DNA from: an uncultured Holophagae bacterium
GTDB taxonomy: Bacteria > Acidobacteriota > Thermoanaerobaculia > Thermoanaerobaculales > Sulfomarinibacteraceae
DNA length: 64,000 nt
Direction: 5' to 3'
Assembly: GCA_963718055.1 (NCBI GenBank)
Contig: CAVQXZ010000005.1
Span: forward strand, 590,055-654,054
The notes under the pieces are model-generated. The model did no database searches. It saw only the letters and a list, made by a program, of their open reading frames with translations, and had not been told where the DNA came from. A program made the position numbers and the translations under genes. Of this stretch, positions 33,448-43,698 are shown one piece after another; within the stretch, counting starts at the first letter, position 1, and every line of letters starts with the position of its first letter.

Positions 33448-33486
33448 ACCGTCGATGGCCATCGACACCACGCGGCGGGAGGTGAC

Positions 33487-33872
33487 ATGACGCCTGAGCC
33501 CAACGAGCTGAGCCGGCGCGAGCGCCAGATCATGGACGTCCTGTACGAGTCGGTCGCGCCACCGCCGCCGAGGTCCGCGAGCGGCTGCCCGATCCGCCCT
33601 CCTACTCGGCGGTCCGGGCGATGCTCCGGATTCTCGAGGACAAGGGGCATCTGCACCACGAGCAGGACGGCCCCCGTTACGTGTTCTCCCCGGCGGTGCC
33701 ACGCGAGGAGGCAAGCGAGTCGGCGTTGCGTCGCGTGGTCCGCACCTTTTTCGACGGCTCGGCCGAGAGTGCGATGACCGCGCTGCTCGACCTCGGCGTC
33801 GAGGACCTCGACGAGGAGGCGCTGCGCCGGCTCGCCGACCGCATCGCCGAAGCGCGCAAGGAGGGTCGCTGA
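33487..33872 (+). CDS. BlaI/MecI/CopY family transcriptional repressor; one frameshift
   Basis: LSRRERQIMDVLY ... YSAVRAMLRILEDKGHL ... VVRTFFDGS. Confidence 0.9.
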
Positions 33873-35786
33873 TGGCCCCGCTCGGCGTCCTCGTCCTCGG
33901 GTCTTTCAAAGCACTACTCCTGCTGGCAGCCGCCGCAGCCGGCGCCGCGCTGCTGCAGCGACGGCCGGCGCGACTGCGCGTGGTCGTCTGGGCGACGGCG
34001 CTCGCCGGCACCCTGCTCATCCCACTCGTGACCCCGATCCTCCCCCGCCTCGAGCTGCCAGTGCTGCCCCGACTCGGAAGGGGGCTGCTGCCCGTTACCG
34101 GAGCCCCCGTCGCCACTGCCATCGCAGCGGCCGAGCCGGCGCCTGCCCTCGACGAACCCTTGGCGCGCGAAGCGCCAATGCCCCGACCCACCGTCCTCGC
34201 CTTCCCGAGCCTTCACTGGCCGACCCTGATGCTTCTGGGCTGGGCAGCCGGCGCTGGAATTGCGCTGTCCCGCCTCGGCATCGCCCTGTGGAGCACGCGG
34301 CGATGGATCCATGACGCGCAAGCCGCTTTCGGATCCGGCATGGCTCCACGACCTTGCCCGGGCACGGCGGCGCGTCGGCATGACGCGTGCTGTTCGGATG
34401 GTGATCAGCCACCAGGTCGAGATCCCAGCCACGGTCGGCGTCGTGCGGCCGACGGTGATCCTGCCGCAGGCTGCCGGCTCCTGGTCATGGGAGCGCAGGG
34501 AGGCGGTGCTGCTGCACGAGCTCGTCCATGTGTCCCGCCTCGACTGGCCGCTGCGTCTGGTCGCACGGCTGGCCCGCGGCTGCTACTGGTTCAACCCGCT
34601 CGCCTGGTGGGCGGTGCGACGCCTCGACCTCGAGCAAGAGCTCGCCTGTGACGAGGAGGTGGTCGCGCTGGGGACCCGCCCGAGCGTCTACGCCTGCCAC
34701 CTGCTGGGCATCGCCCGCGCGGTCGCCCGGCATCCCGCGCCCGCAATTTCCGGTCTGGAGATGGCGCGCGCCAGCAATCTGGAGGAACGCATCATGAGCA
34801 TTCTCGAAACCACCACCCCTCGCCGGCTCGGTCGGCGGGTGCTCGCGCCGGCGGCCATTCTCATCGCCGCCCTGGTTCCCGCTCTGGCAGCCGTCGCCCC
34901 GACGGATGCCCCGGGATCGGCACCGAAGTCCGAACTCAAACAAGTGCTCGACGAGATGAAGACGGTCGAGGCGCGGATGGAGCCGCAACTCGCCAAGATC
35001 GAGGCCATCGAGGCCGAGATGGCGCCTGCCCTCGAGGAGATCTCCACGATTGCGGACACAGTCGACGACGAGGCGATTGCCGCCATCGAGGCCGAGCTGC
35101 AACCCTACCTCGAACGCATCGAGGCCGTCGAGCTCGACCTTGCCCCGATCGAGAAGGAGATGGAGGCCGTCGAAGAACGACTCCAGGGTCTCGAGCTCCA
35201 GATCGACGACGGCACGCTGGAGGAGATCGAGCGCCAGATCCAAGTGCAGCTCGAGCCGCTGCAGGGGGAGATCGAGCGCCTCCAAGCCTCGATGGCTCCT
35301 TACCAGGAGCAGCTCGAGGCAATCCAGGCGGAGATAGAGCCAATCCAAGGGAAGCTCGAGGCGGTGCACGAGCAGACCGAGCCGCAACACGAGCAGCTCG
35401 ATCAGATCCACGCCACCATGGAGCCCTACCACGAGCAGATGGACGCGGTTCACCGCGACCTGGAGGGCTTCCATCAGGAGATGGAGCAGCTCGGCGAGCG
35501 GCTCGAGAAAGCCCTCGGCGACGAGGTCGCCGCGGTCCTCTGCGAGCACCTGGCCTCGGTCACCGATCCCCAGGCGCCGCTGCGTGCGGTGGCGGGGCAG
35601 CTGCTCGACGACGCGTCCATCAACGTCAACGGCAACGTGGTGCGGGTCTCGCTGTCGGAGCAGGAAGCGCGCGAGATCCTGTCCAGCCGGCTCGGTCCTC
35701 ACCGCATCGGGAGCCAGGAGTCCTTCGATGCCGCCGTCGCAGCTGCTGCCGCCGCCGTATCGGATCTGGAGATCACCGCCCGCTGA
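33872..35786 (+). CDS. BlaR1-like M56 metallopeptidase with acidic helical-repeat C-terminus; one frameshift
   Basis: VLLHELVHVSRLD, YWFNPLAW, EQELACDEEV, LEERI; start overlaps the blaI stop. Confidence 0.9.
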
Positions 35787-35803
35787 CCGCCTCGCTTGGA
35801 CTC

Positions 35804-36004
35804 TCACTTCGCGGATGTTGCCCGCCCACCCGGGCGGGTTTCTTTTTTCGCCGCATCGTCGCGGCCAATGACCGCAGACCCTGCAACGCTGTCTTCGCGG
35901 GCTAGAAGCCCGATCGCGTAGTCTTTCAGCACCGTTTCGTACGGGATGGCGAGCTGTCTTGCGGCTGCCTTGAGGAGTTGTTCGAGACTCATCGGTCCGC
36001 TCAC
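35804..36004 (-). pseudogene. Truncated AbiEii-like nucleotidyltransferase toxin (N-terminal stub)
   Basis: Coupled to abiEi by a GTGA overlap. AARQLAIPYETVLKDYAIG resembles the AbiEii N-terminus, then the frame runs into the terminator. Confidence 0.55.
35821..35850 (+). terminator. Rho-independent terminator after blaR1-like gene
   Basis: CCCGCCC-ACCC-GGGCGGG followed by TTTCTTTTTT. Confidence 0.8.
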
Positions 36005-36840
36005 TCGGCCAGGTTGTCAATGAGCTTCCAGCGTCTGATCACGGTGCCCCGGCGTTCACGCTGGGGATCGAGCCCCTGGATTCCTGTTATGGGTAGAGCG
36101 AGAAGCGGAGCAAGAACATCGTCCTCAACACCGAATGACTCAAGGGCCCAGCCGAGTCGCTTTGCGACCGCCACAACCCCGAGGCGAAGCGTGTACGAAA
36201 TCAGTTTCGACATGTCGAGCTCAGGGTGGTGAGCCTCCAGAACCGCGAGCGCTTCGCTGAAGACCCCGACCCTCGATGGGTCGGCGACAAGGTCGAGCAC
36301 TGTCCGCTCCCTATCCGTGACGGGAACGCGGGTGCGCTCATCGACCCAGATCTCCTCGACACCGAAGAAACGTGCCGGACGAATCGAGACATACTGGATC
36401 TGCAGACCGTCGACCTGCCAGATGCTCGCCCCCCTGCGCCGCCTAAGCTGGCGCGTGCGCATCGCCGGCGTCACCACCTTTGCCGTCGTCGTGCAGGTGA
36501 TGACCTGAGGGACTTGTTCGGTCAGGCCGTGGAGCTGGAGCGCTGTCCTGTGGCTGAGCGCCGACGGCGTGTAGAGCGCTGTTGCGATCGCGTAATCGTG
36601 TGGCGCGATCGACCCTGGGAGCTTACCCGTCACCGCGTAGAGACCACGCCTGATCCTTCGAATCCAACCCGCGGCCTCGAGTCGCAAAAGTACGTGGTAG
36701 ACCTGCTTCGCCGTGAGCAAACGAGTTGCTCCTGCATCAAGGGCTTCAGCCACCGTGAACACGAGCTTCCCGCGTTCATCGAGGCCCTCGAGGAGCGCCA
36801 GACCCTGGCGTCCACTGTAGGAGTTGGAAAACGGCGTCAT
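36001..36840 (-). CDS. Type IV toxin-antitoxin AbiEi family antitoxin / regulator
   Basis: wHTH-like GWIRRIRRGLY, SALSHRTALQLHGLTEQVP, FFG, VTDRERTVLD, KRLGWALE. Confidence 0.85.
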   Translation of the reverse strand: MTPFSNSYSGRQGLALLEGLDERGKLVFTVAEALDAGATRLLTAKQVYHVLLRLEAAGWIRRIRRGLYAVTGKLPGSIAPHDYAIATALYTPSALSHRTALQLHGLTEQVPQVITCTTTAKVVTPAMRTRQLRRRRGASIWQVDGLQIQYVSIRPARFFGVEEIWVDERTRVPVTDRERTVLDLVADPSRVGVFSEALAVLEAHHPELDMSKLISYTLRLGVVAVAKRLGWALESFGVEDDVLAPLLALPITGIQGLDPQRERRGTVIRRWKLIDNLAE

Positions 36841-36990
36841 AACATCCGTCCTACGCAATCCTATCCTGACTGATGTTACGTAGCAATGGTGCGAGTCCGC
36901 CATACAACGGCGCGAGGGGCAGCCGGCATGACATGCCATGGTCCCGATAAGGAGGGCGACCCCCTCTTTTGCAAAGTCTATCGAATTGAA

Positions 36991-37071
36991 ACGGGCCTTC
37001 TCATGGGTACCCCACAAGGCAGGCAGGATGCCTACCCCACAAAGGCAGGCAAGATGCCTACCCTACAAGGC
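36991..37071. repeat. Composite REP cluster, homologous to 40206-40288
   Basis: ACGGGCCTTCTCATGGGT followed by three ...CC(C/T)ACAA-ended units, ending GATGCCTACCCTACAAGGC. Confidence 0.75.
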
Positions 37072-38295
37072 TTCTTCCAAAACGTCGATCAGGCGATCGA
37101 TCTCCTCCACCGTGTTGTAGTGGACGAGGCTGACGCGCACGACGCCGTCGGCCGGGTCGAGGCCGAGCGCCTCGCACAGCCGGTGGGCGTACATGTGGCC
37201 GCTGCGGATCGCGATCCCGGAGCGATCGACCACGTCGCAGATCTCGCGCGACCGCTTCGAGCGATGCACGAAGCTGACGGTCCCGACCCTCGAATCCCGG
37301 GCGTGGCCAGGACCGATGATCCGCACCTCCGGCCGCGACAGGAGATACTCGATGAGCCGTGCCTGGACGGGCAGCTCGCAGGCAGCCATGACGTCGAATG
37401 CGCGCTCGACGCCCTGCCGATCGAGTCAATCGGGCTCGGCCTCCTCGGCGAGGAATGCCAGATAGTCGCGCACGCCGAGCAGGCCGGCGCAGGCCTCGTG
37501 GCTCACGCCGCCGAGCTCGAGCTTGTACGGCACGTCGCCGGGGGCCACGAAAAAGTGGTTGGGGCCCTCCAGCCCGGCCATCGCCTCTCGCCTCCCCCAC
37601 AGCGCGGCCATGTGCGGACCGTAGACCTTGTAGGTCGAGAAGCCGTACCAGTCGGCACCCCAGGCCTCGACATCCATCGCCCGGTGCGGCGCGTAGGCGA
37701 CGCCGTCCACCACGACCCGGGCGCCCGCGGCGTGCGCGAGCTTCGTGACCGCCGCAACGTCGGCGATGCCGCCGAGCAGGTTCGACACGTGGGGAAACGC
37801 GACCAGCGCGGTGCGGTCCGTGAGCAGGCGCGCGAGGCCGTCGATCGGGCTGTCGTAGGAGCCGGGCTCCACCTCCCACCACCGGACCTTCACGCCCACT
37901 CGCTCGAGACGCACCCACGGCCCGACGTTGGCCTCGTGCCCGCAGCGCGCGACCACCACCTCGCGGCCTGGTTCGAGAACCCTCGCGTAGCAGTCGCTGA
38001 GCATCTGCAGCAAGGCGGAGGTCGACGGCCCGAGGACCACCGCGCCATCGCCGCCGCCGAACAGCGTCTTCACGAACGAGCGCGCCTCGTCCACAGTCGC
38101 GGACGCGCGTACCGACAGCGGATAGCTCGCCCCGAGCTGGACGTAGCTCCCAACCATGTAGTCCCCCATCCAATCGACCACCGACTGCGGCACCTGCGAC
38201 CCGCCCGCGTTCTCCAGGAACACCGTGTCCCCTGCAAGCGCAGGGAAGCGACTGCGAATGCTCTTGCGAAGGTCGTGTGATATCTCGATCGTCAT
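37063..38295 (-). CDS. Cysteine desulfurase-like class V PLP enzyme with an in-frame TGA at 37426-37428
   Basis: FLENAGGSQVP, HEANVGPW, VDGVAYAPH, FSTYKVYGPH, GHMYA, VRVSLVHYNT; the two ORFs are in the same frame. Confidence 0.85.
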
Positions 38296-38321
38296 GGCCA
38301 CTCCTGTCTCAGGCATCTCGC

Positions 38322-38541
38322 CTTGTAGCCGCGGGTTTCCAGCCTGCTTGTAGCGCGGGCTTCCAGCCTGCAATCCAACTCGCGACATGGTGCCGGCCTC
38401 CAGCAAGTGGTAGGGAAGATGCCTACCCTACAACCTTAAGGCAGGCAGGATGCCTACCCCACAATGCTGGCAGATTGGCGGCCTACCCTACAAAAACAGG
38501 CAAGCAACCAGTCGCGGGCAGGATGCCCACGCTACAAGGCT
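38322..38541. repeat. REP cluster, with two inverted copies followed by four direct copies
   Basis: TTGTAGCGCGGGCTTCCAGCCTGC-like unit twice, then GATGCCTACCC(T/C)ACAA-type units. Confidence 0.75.
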
Positions 38542-38745
38542 GGCTCTTTCCGAGGCCCAACTAGGCGAGCGTCGGCGCGGCCTCCGAGGGGAGGCGAGTC
38601 TTGCCCTCCGCTCCGCCGGCTCGAGCCCGGGCCTGCGGCTGCGATTGTATCTCACGCGCTGCGCTGGGTCGCGTGACGACGTACAATGCCCGCGGGGAGA
38701 AGGAGACGCCCCTCCTCGCCCAGTGGCGTCCACCGGATGAGTAGG

Positions 38746-40042
38746 ATGTGCCTCCAGGGAAGATTGAGAGTGCTCACTCGACGCATCAACGCCGCCGTCG
38801 TCATTATCGTTTCGCTGGCGACGGGTTCCGCGCTGCTTGCCGCCGATGGACCCGAGTGGCGTCGCGCCCGCGGACGGCTCACGGTGCTTACAGCTCCGAC
38901 CCAGGTCGCGAGGCTGGTGGCGCCGCTGCCCGGCGACGGCGACGAGCTCGGCCGCTCGGTGGCGGTGGCCCCGGCGTGATCGTGGTGGGCGCGCCCGGCA
39001 ACGTCGTCGGCGATCCGGCGCTGTACCGCGAAGGGACCGCGCACGTCTTCGTGGGCGGCGGCGGGAGCTGGCGCCACCGCCAGCGGCTGCTCGCCTTCGA
39101 CCGCGAGCCTGGCGACGGCTTCGGCCGGTCGGTGGCAATCGACGGTGACACCATCGCCGTCGGCGCCGAGCACGACGACCACAGCGACGTCGCCGACGCC
39201 GGCTCGGTCTATGTCTTCGTCCGCTCCGGCCGGATCTGGACGCTGGAGCAGAAGCTGGTGGCGCCAGATCCCCGCTCCGAGGCGCACTTCGGGCACAGCC
39301 TCGCGCTCGACGGCGACACGCTGGCGGTCGGCACCTTGGCCAACGACACGGTCTACGTCTACGAGCGCAGCGGCGCCTGGTGGCCGGAGCCTCAGGTCGT
39401 GAGCGCGACGCCCGACCAGGCCGGCAACTTCGGCCAGAGCCTCGCCTTAGACGGCGACCGGCTGGTGGTTGGTGCCGAGTGGCGGTGGTCTCCGTCCGTT
39501 CTGTTCTCGGCAGGAGGCGCGTCGGTCTTCGAGCGCATCGGCCAGGAGTGGGTCCTCGAGCAGGAGCTCGCCGCCGGCGATCCGGGCAGCGACGACCGCT
39601 TCGGCGGCTCGGTGGCCATCGCCGGCGACCTGATCGTGGTCGGCGCCCCGCAGGACGACGATGCCTCTAACGAAAACTCGGGATCGGCCTCCATCTTCAC
39701 CCTACTCGACGGCGAGTGGATCGAGGTGCAGAAGTTGTTTCCGGTCGTCGCCTCTCCCTCGCAGCTGTTCGGCTGGTCGGTCGCCGTCGCCGGCGCCAAC
39801 CTGCTGGTCGGTTCACCGTGGGACAGCGCGGGAGGCGTCATGCGAGCCGGCTGCGTCTACCTCTTCCGGCCGTCGGGCGGATCGTGGATTCCGTCATTCC
39901 TGATCACGGCCGACGGGGCGGCGCCTTGGGACGTGCTGGGCGAGATCGCGATCTTCGGCCACACGGCGGTCCTCGGCGCGCCTATGCCGACGTCGGCGGC
40001 CACACCGACGCCGGCGCCGCGTACGTCTTCCTTCTACCCTAG
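38746..40042 (+). CDS. Secreted FG-GAP (integrin-alpha-like) repeat protein; frameshifted
   Basis: About seven FGxSVAIxGDxxxVGA...GxVYVF repeats across ORFs 38686-38979, 38748-40523 and 39716-40042. Confidence 0.85.
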
Positions 40043-40219
40043 CCGGCGGCCTCCCTGTCTTGGCCCCGGCTCGGGAACGGTCGCGGACCCCGTGTCGGTG
40101 CCGCCCGACTCGAAGCCGTCGGCGAAGATCTCGGTGCTGCCGAGGCTGCCGTCACCGTTCAGGTTTGGAGCCGGGATGTCGGAGGCTGACCGCGCGGAAG
40201 CGGTCACGGGCCTTGTCAT
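40034..40219 (-). pseudogene. Orphan fragment encoding only an EIFADGFESG tail
   Basis: GSTEIFADGFESGGTDTGSATVP; the DNA resembles the 3' end of 28067-29288. Confidence 0.5.
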
Positions 40220-40288
40220 GGGTGCGCTACAACAAGGCAGGCAAGATGCCTGCGCTACAACGCTGGCAGGATGCCTACCCTACAAGGC
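40206..40288. repeat. Composite REP cluster, homologous to 36991-37071
   Basis: ACGGGCCTTGTCATGGGT...GATGCCTACCCTACAAGGC. Confidence 0.75.
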
Positions 40289-42001
40289 TGGCGGTGGCCG
40301 CCGCCCGAAGAGGCGGGCGGCGGTCAGCCGGGCGAGCAGCCGCAGGTGGCCGAGGATCGTCCGCAAGGTCTTCATCTTGGACCGGCCGAGCAGGCGAACC
40401 TCGAGCACTGCCGGGCACTCGACGATGGAGCCGCCCTCGAGGTCGAGCCGGCCGAGCAACTCGGCGACGCCGAGGAAACCTCCCTCTCGAACCTGGAGGT
40501 CCGCCACCGCGTCGCGGCGGTAGACCCGGAAGCAGCTCGTGTAGGTCGCCAGGCGGTGGTGCAACACCACGCGGTAGAGCCTGGACAAGGATTTCGAGAG
40601 GAAGAGCCGCCACTCCGGCACGTTCCGCACCTCGCCCGCAGGGTGGTATGGCGAGGCGGTCACCATGTCCACGCCGTCCTCGAGCAGCGGAATGAGCGAG
40701 GCGAGCTGCAGCGGGTCGTAGGTGCAATCGCAGTCGATCGAGCACACGACGTCGGTGTCGGCAGCCTGAATGCCAGTCAGGATCGCGGCGGCGACGCCGC
40801 GGTTCGCCCGGTGCCGCAGCAGGGTGCAGCCGGGCCGGTTGCCGAAGATCCGCTCGAGCGCGGGCAAGGTGCCGTCCGCGCTGCCGTCATCGACGAAGAC
40901 GTAGCGGAAGTCGTACGCCGAGCCCAGCGACCGCTCGAGGTTCTCCAGCGTGTTCGCGAGGTAGGGCAGGATGAGCTCCTCGTTGAAGCAGGGAATCACG
41001 ATCGAGACCCGCGTCCTGGACTTTCGCGCGCCCTCATCGCGCAGCTCTGCCGGAAGCTCTGAGCTCTCCACGTCCTTTCGCACCCGTGCTGGGGCCACGC
41101 CGTCCAGCGGCAGCCCGAGGTGGTCCGCGATCCCGGTGAAGCGATAGCGGCCCAGGTAGTAGCGGACGATGTCGCCCATCTTGGCCAGGTTGCGGTACTG
41201 GCGGATGCGTTCGTAGAGCGGCGCCGCCTGGATCCTCGGCTGGTCGGGGTCGAGCTCCCAGACGTGGAAGTAGAACAGGAAGGGCTGGTCGTGCGAGCGC
41301 ATCCACGCCGCCACCAGTCGCCGCATCAGCCAGTGCGGGAACTGCCTGGCGTAGTTGCCGCCGGCGATCGGCAGCGACCAGCCCCCGAGCGTGAAGGCCG
41401 GCAGCGGGAACTCCCAGATCTCTCCAGCCGGGGCGCGGTGCTGGTGCGGCGCACGCCGCCAGGGCTCGCCGGCGTAGCGCCGGAACAGCGCTCGCACGCT
41501 CGAGTCGTAGCGGAACCCCTCCTCGGCAAGCACATCGAGTGCCCAAAGGTCCCGCGGACCGAACCACCGGTGCGCGATGCGATAACCGTGAACGGCCCTG
41601 CCCGAGGCCCGCTCGAGCGCATCCCGGGACCGCAGGAGGTCATCCCGAAACTCCTGGCGATTGAACTGGTCGATGCTGCGGTGGGCGTAGCCCTTGCTCG
41701 CCACCTCGTGGCCGCGGCTCGCCACCTCCCGGATCAGCTCGGGCATCTCGTCGGCGATCCACCCCAGCACGAAGAAGGTCGCAGTGGTGTCGAACTCATC
41801 AAGCAGATCGAGGGCTTTGCGGGTGTTGTCCTCGACCCGCCGCTCGAAGCGGTACCAGCGCTCATTCTGGACCACGCTCTTCAGCGGCGCGACGTGGAAG
41901 TAGTCCTCGAGGACGATCGTCAGCAGGTGCCGGCGCGAGCCAGGCCCGCTCGCTTCGTCAACAGTCGACGGAGGAACAGCGCCTGTGCCCTCAGCGGGCA
42001 T
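40280..42001 (-). CDS. Fusion of XrtA/PEP-CTERM-type polysaccharide deacetylase (DUF3473) and GT2 glycosyltransferase
   Basis: LEDYFH, ATFFVLGWIA, GGNYAR, YFHVWELDPDQP; then SIVIPCFNEE, FVDDGSADGT, IDCDCTY. Confidence 0.85.
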   Translation of the reverse strand: MPAEGTGAVPPSTVDEASGPGSRRHLLTIVLEDYFHVAPLKSVVQNERWYRFERRVEDNTRKALDLLDEFDTTATFFVLGWIADEMPELIREVASRGHEVASKGYAHRSIDQFNRQEFRDDLLRSRDALERASGRAVHGYRIAHRWFGPRDLWALDVLAEEGFRYDSSVRALFRRYAGEPWRRAPHQHRAPAGEIWEFPLPAFTLGGWSLPIAGGNYARQFPHWLMRRLVAAWMRSHDQPFLFYFHVWELDPDQPRIQAAPLYERIRQYRNLAKMGDIVRYYLGRYRFTGIADHLGLPLDGVAPARVRKDVESSELPAELRDEGARKSRTRVSIVIPCFNEELILPYLANTLENLERSLGSAYDFRYVFVDDGSADGTLPALERIFGNRPGCTLLRHRANRGVAAAILTGIQAADTDVVCSIDCDCTYDPLQLASLIPLLEDGVDMVTASPYHPAGEVRNVPEWRLFLSKSLSRLYRVVLHHRLATYTSCFRVYRRDAVADLQVREGGFLGVAELLGRLDLEGGSIVECPAVLEVRLLGRSKMKTLRTILGHLRLLARLTAARLFGRRPPPAL

Positions 42002-42496
42002 GGGCGATCTCCGCCGGTACAGTCATGAGCTGCTCACCGCGCATCGCGTCACACCATCCACCAAAGAAGCCTGCCCGAGGGGGCGCTGCGGCACGTCAGT
42101 CCTGCCTGAGGCCAGACACTGGGCTCCCTTTCCTCGAGTATGCCATCGCGCAGCGACATTGGCCACATCGTTGCGGGAAGGCCCTCGCCGATGTCGCAAA
42201 TTCGAACTGTCTGCCCGTTCATGCTCGCCGTTCTTCAGAACGGCGAGCTTCGTTTGACTTCCGAGCCGGTCTCGAACAGAATGACAACATCTTTGGTCAT
42301 CGCCGTCGGCTGAAAGGTGTACGGTGACCGCACAGAAGCACGGACGACAGGATCTCTTCGGCCAGCGACGGGCGCGATGCGCCGGATGTTGCCTGGCGAG
42401 GCGAGGTTTCGATGTGAGAGACGCTGGTTGCCGGGAACTGGGAAACCAGCTCCGCTCCAGTGTTCCCACCCTGCCCGAGCCCCGGAGCCGCGCCGC

Positions 42497-43657
42497 GTGA
42501 CGGCCAGAGTCCTCACCCTGTTCGGCACCCGGCCCGAGGTGATCAAGCTCGCCCCGGTAATCCGGCGGCTCGAGGAGTTTCCTTCGGCGTTCGAGACCAT
42601 CAACGTCGCGTCATCCCAGCACACCACCCTGCTCCACCCCTTCGTCGAGTCGTTCGGGATCCGGATCGACCACGACCTGCAGGTCATGCGGCCTGACCAG
42701 TCGCCCCACGAGGTGTGCGCACGCGTGCTGACGGCGATGGAGTCGCTGCTCGCCAGTCTGCAGCCCGACCTGATCCTGGTCCAGGGCGACACCACGACCA
42801 CCCTGGCCGGCGCCCTCGCCGGCCTCTACAGCCGGATCCCGGTCGGGCATGTCGAGGCGGGCCTGCGCACCGACAACCCGATGAGCCCGTTCCCGGAGGA
42901 GATGAACCGCCGGCTGGTGAGCCGCGTCGCCACCTACCACTTCGCCGCGACCGAGCACAACCGCCGGACCCTGGTCGGCGAGGGTGTCCCTGACCAGGCC
43001 ATCTTCGTCACCGGCAACCCGGTCGTCGACGCGCTCCACGCGATCCTTGCCCGACCACAGTCGCGCCGAAGCGTCGACGACGTCCTCCAGGCCACCGAGG
43101 GCAGCCGCCGGATCGTGCTCACCACGCACCGCCGCGAGAGCCTCGGTCAGACGATGCAAGAGAACCTCGCGGTGCTGCGGCGCTTCGTCGAGCCCAGGCA
43201 GGACGTCACGCTCATCTTCCCGGTGCACCCTAACCCCTCGGTGGTAGAGTCCGCGCGGCAGGTGCTGACGGCCCACCCAAGGATCCACCTCATCGACCCG
43301 CTCGGGTACGAGGACTTCATCCACCTCCTGTCCCGAAGCTGGCTGATCGTGTCCGACTCCGGCGGCGTCCAGGAGGAGGCCCCGACCCTCGGCAAGCCGG
43401 TTCTCATCCTGCGTGAGAACACGGAACGTCCCGAGGCGGTGGAGGCAGGCGTGGCCCGGTTGGTCGGCGGCGACCCGAGCCGGCTCGCCGCCATGCTCGA
43501 GGAGCTCGACGCCGATCCGTCGTGGATCGAGTCCGTCGGAGCGATCGACAACCCATTCGGCCAGGGGGACAGCGCACGGCGCATCGTGTCTGCCGTGGCC
43601 GAGCTGCTGGGCGTGAACGAGCCCGGAATCACATTCGAGGCAGGCAGCGCGGCCTGA
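42497..43657 (+). CDS. wecB: UDP-N-acetylglucosamine 2-epimerase (non-hydrolysing)
   Basis: FGTRPEVIK, VQGDTTT, HVEAGLRT, PFPEEMNR, SDSGGVQEEAP, TERPE. Confidence 0.95.
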   Translation: MTARVLTLFGTRPEVIKLAPVIRRLEEFPSAFETINVASSQHTTLLHPFVESFGIRIDHDLQVMRPDQSPHEVCARVLTAMESLLASLQPDLILVQGDTTTTLAGALAGLYSRIPVGHVEAGLRTDNPMSPFPEEMNRRLVSRVATYHFAATEHNRRTLVGEGVPDQAIFVTGNPVVDALHAILARPQSRRSVDDVLQATEGSRRIVLTTHRRESLGQTMQENLAVLRRFVEPRQDVTLIFPVHPNPSVVESARQVLTAHPRIHLIDPLGYEDFIHLLSRSWLIVSDSGGVQEEAPTLGKPVLILRENTERPEAVEAGVARLVGGDPSRLAAMLEELDADPSWIESVGAIDNPFGQGDSARRIVSAVAELLGVNEPGITFEAGSAA

Positions 43658-43698
43658 GAGAAGACGCTGCCCGGATTTCAATCAAGGAGATTGGCACC

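Noticed and set aside
38545-38740. GC-rich structured region between divergent genes as an ncRNA
   Set aside because: Potential stems are expected at this GC content and there is no recognisable family motif.
30536-40288. REP clusters as a CRISPR array
   Set aside because: No regular unique spacers, units are degenerate and dispersed, and there are no cas genes.
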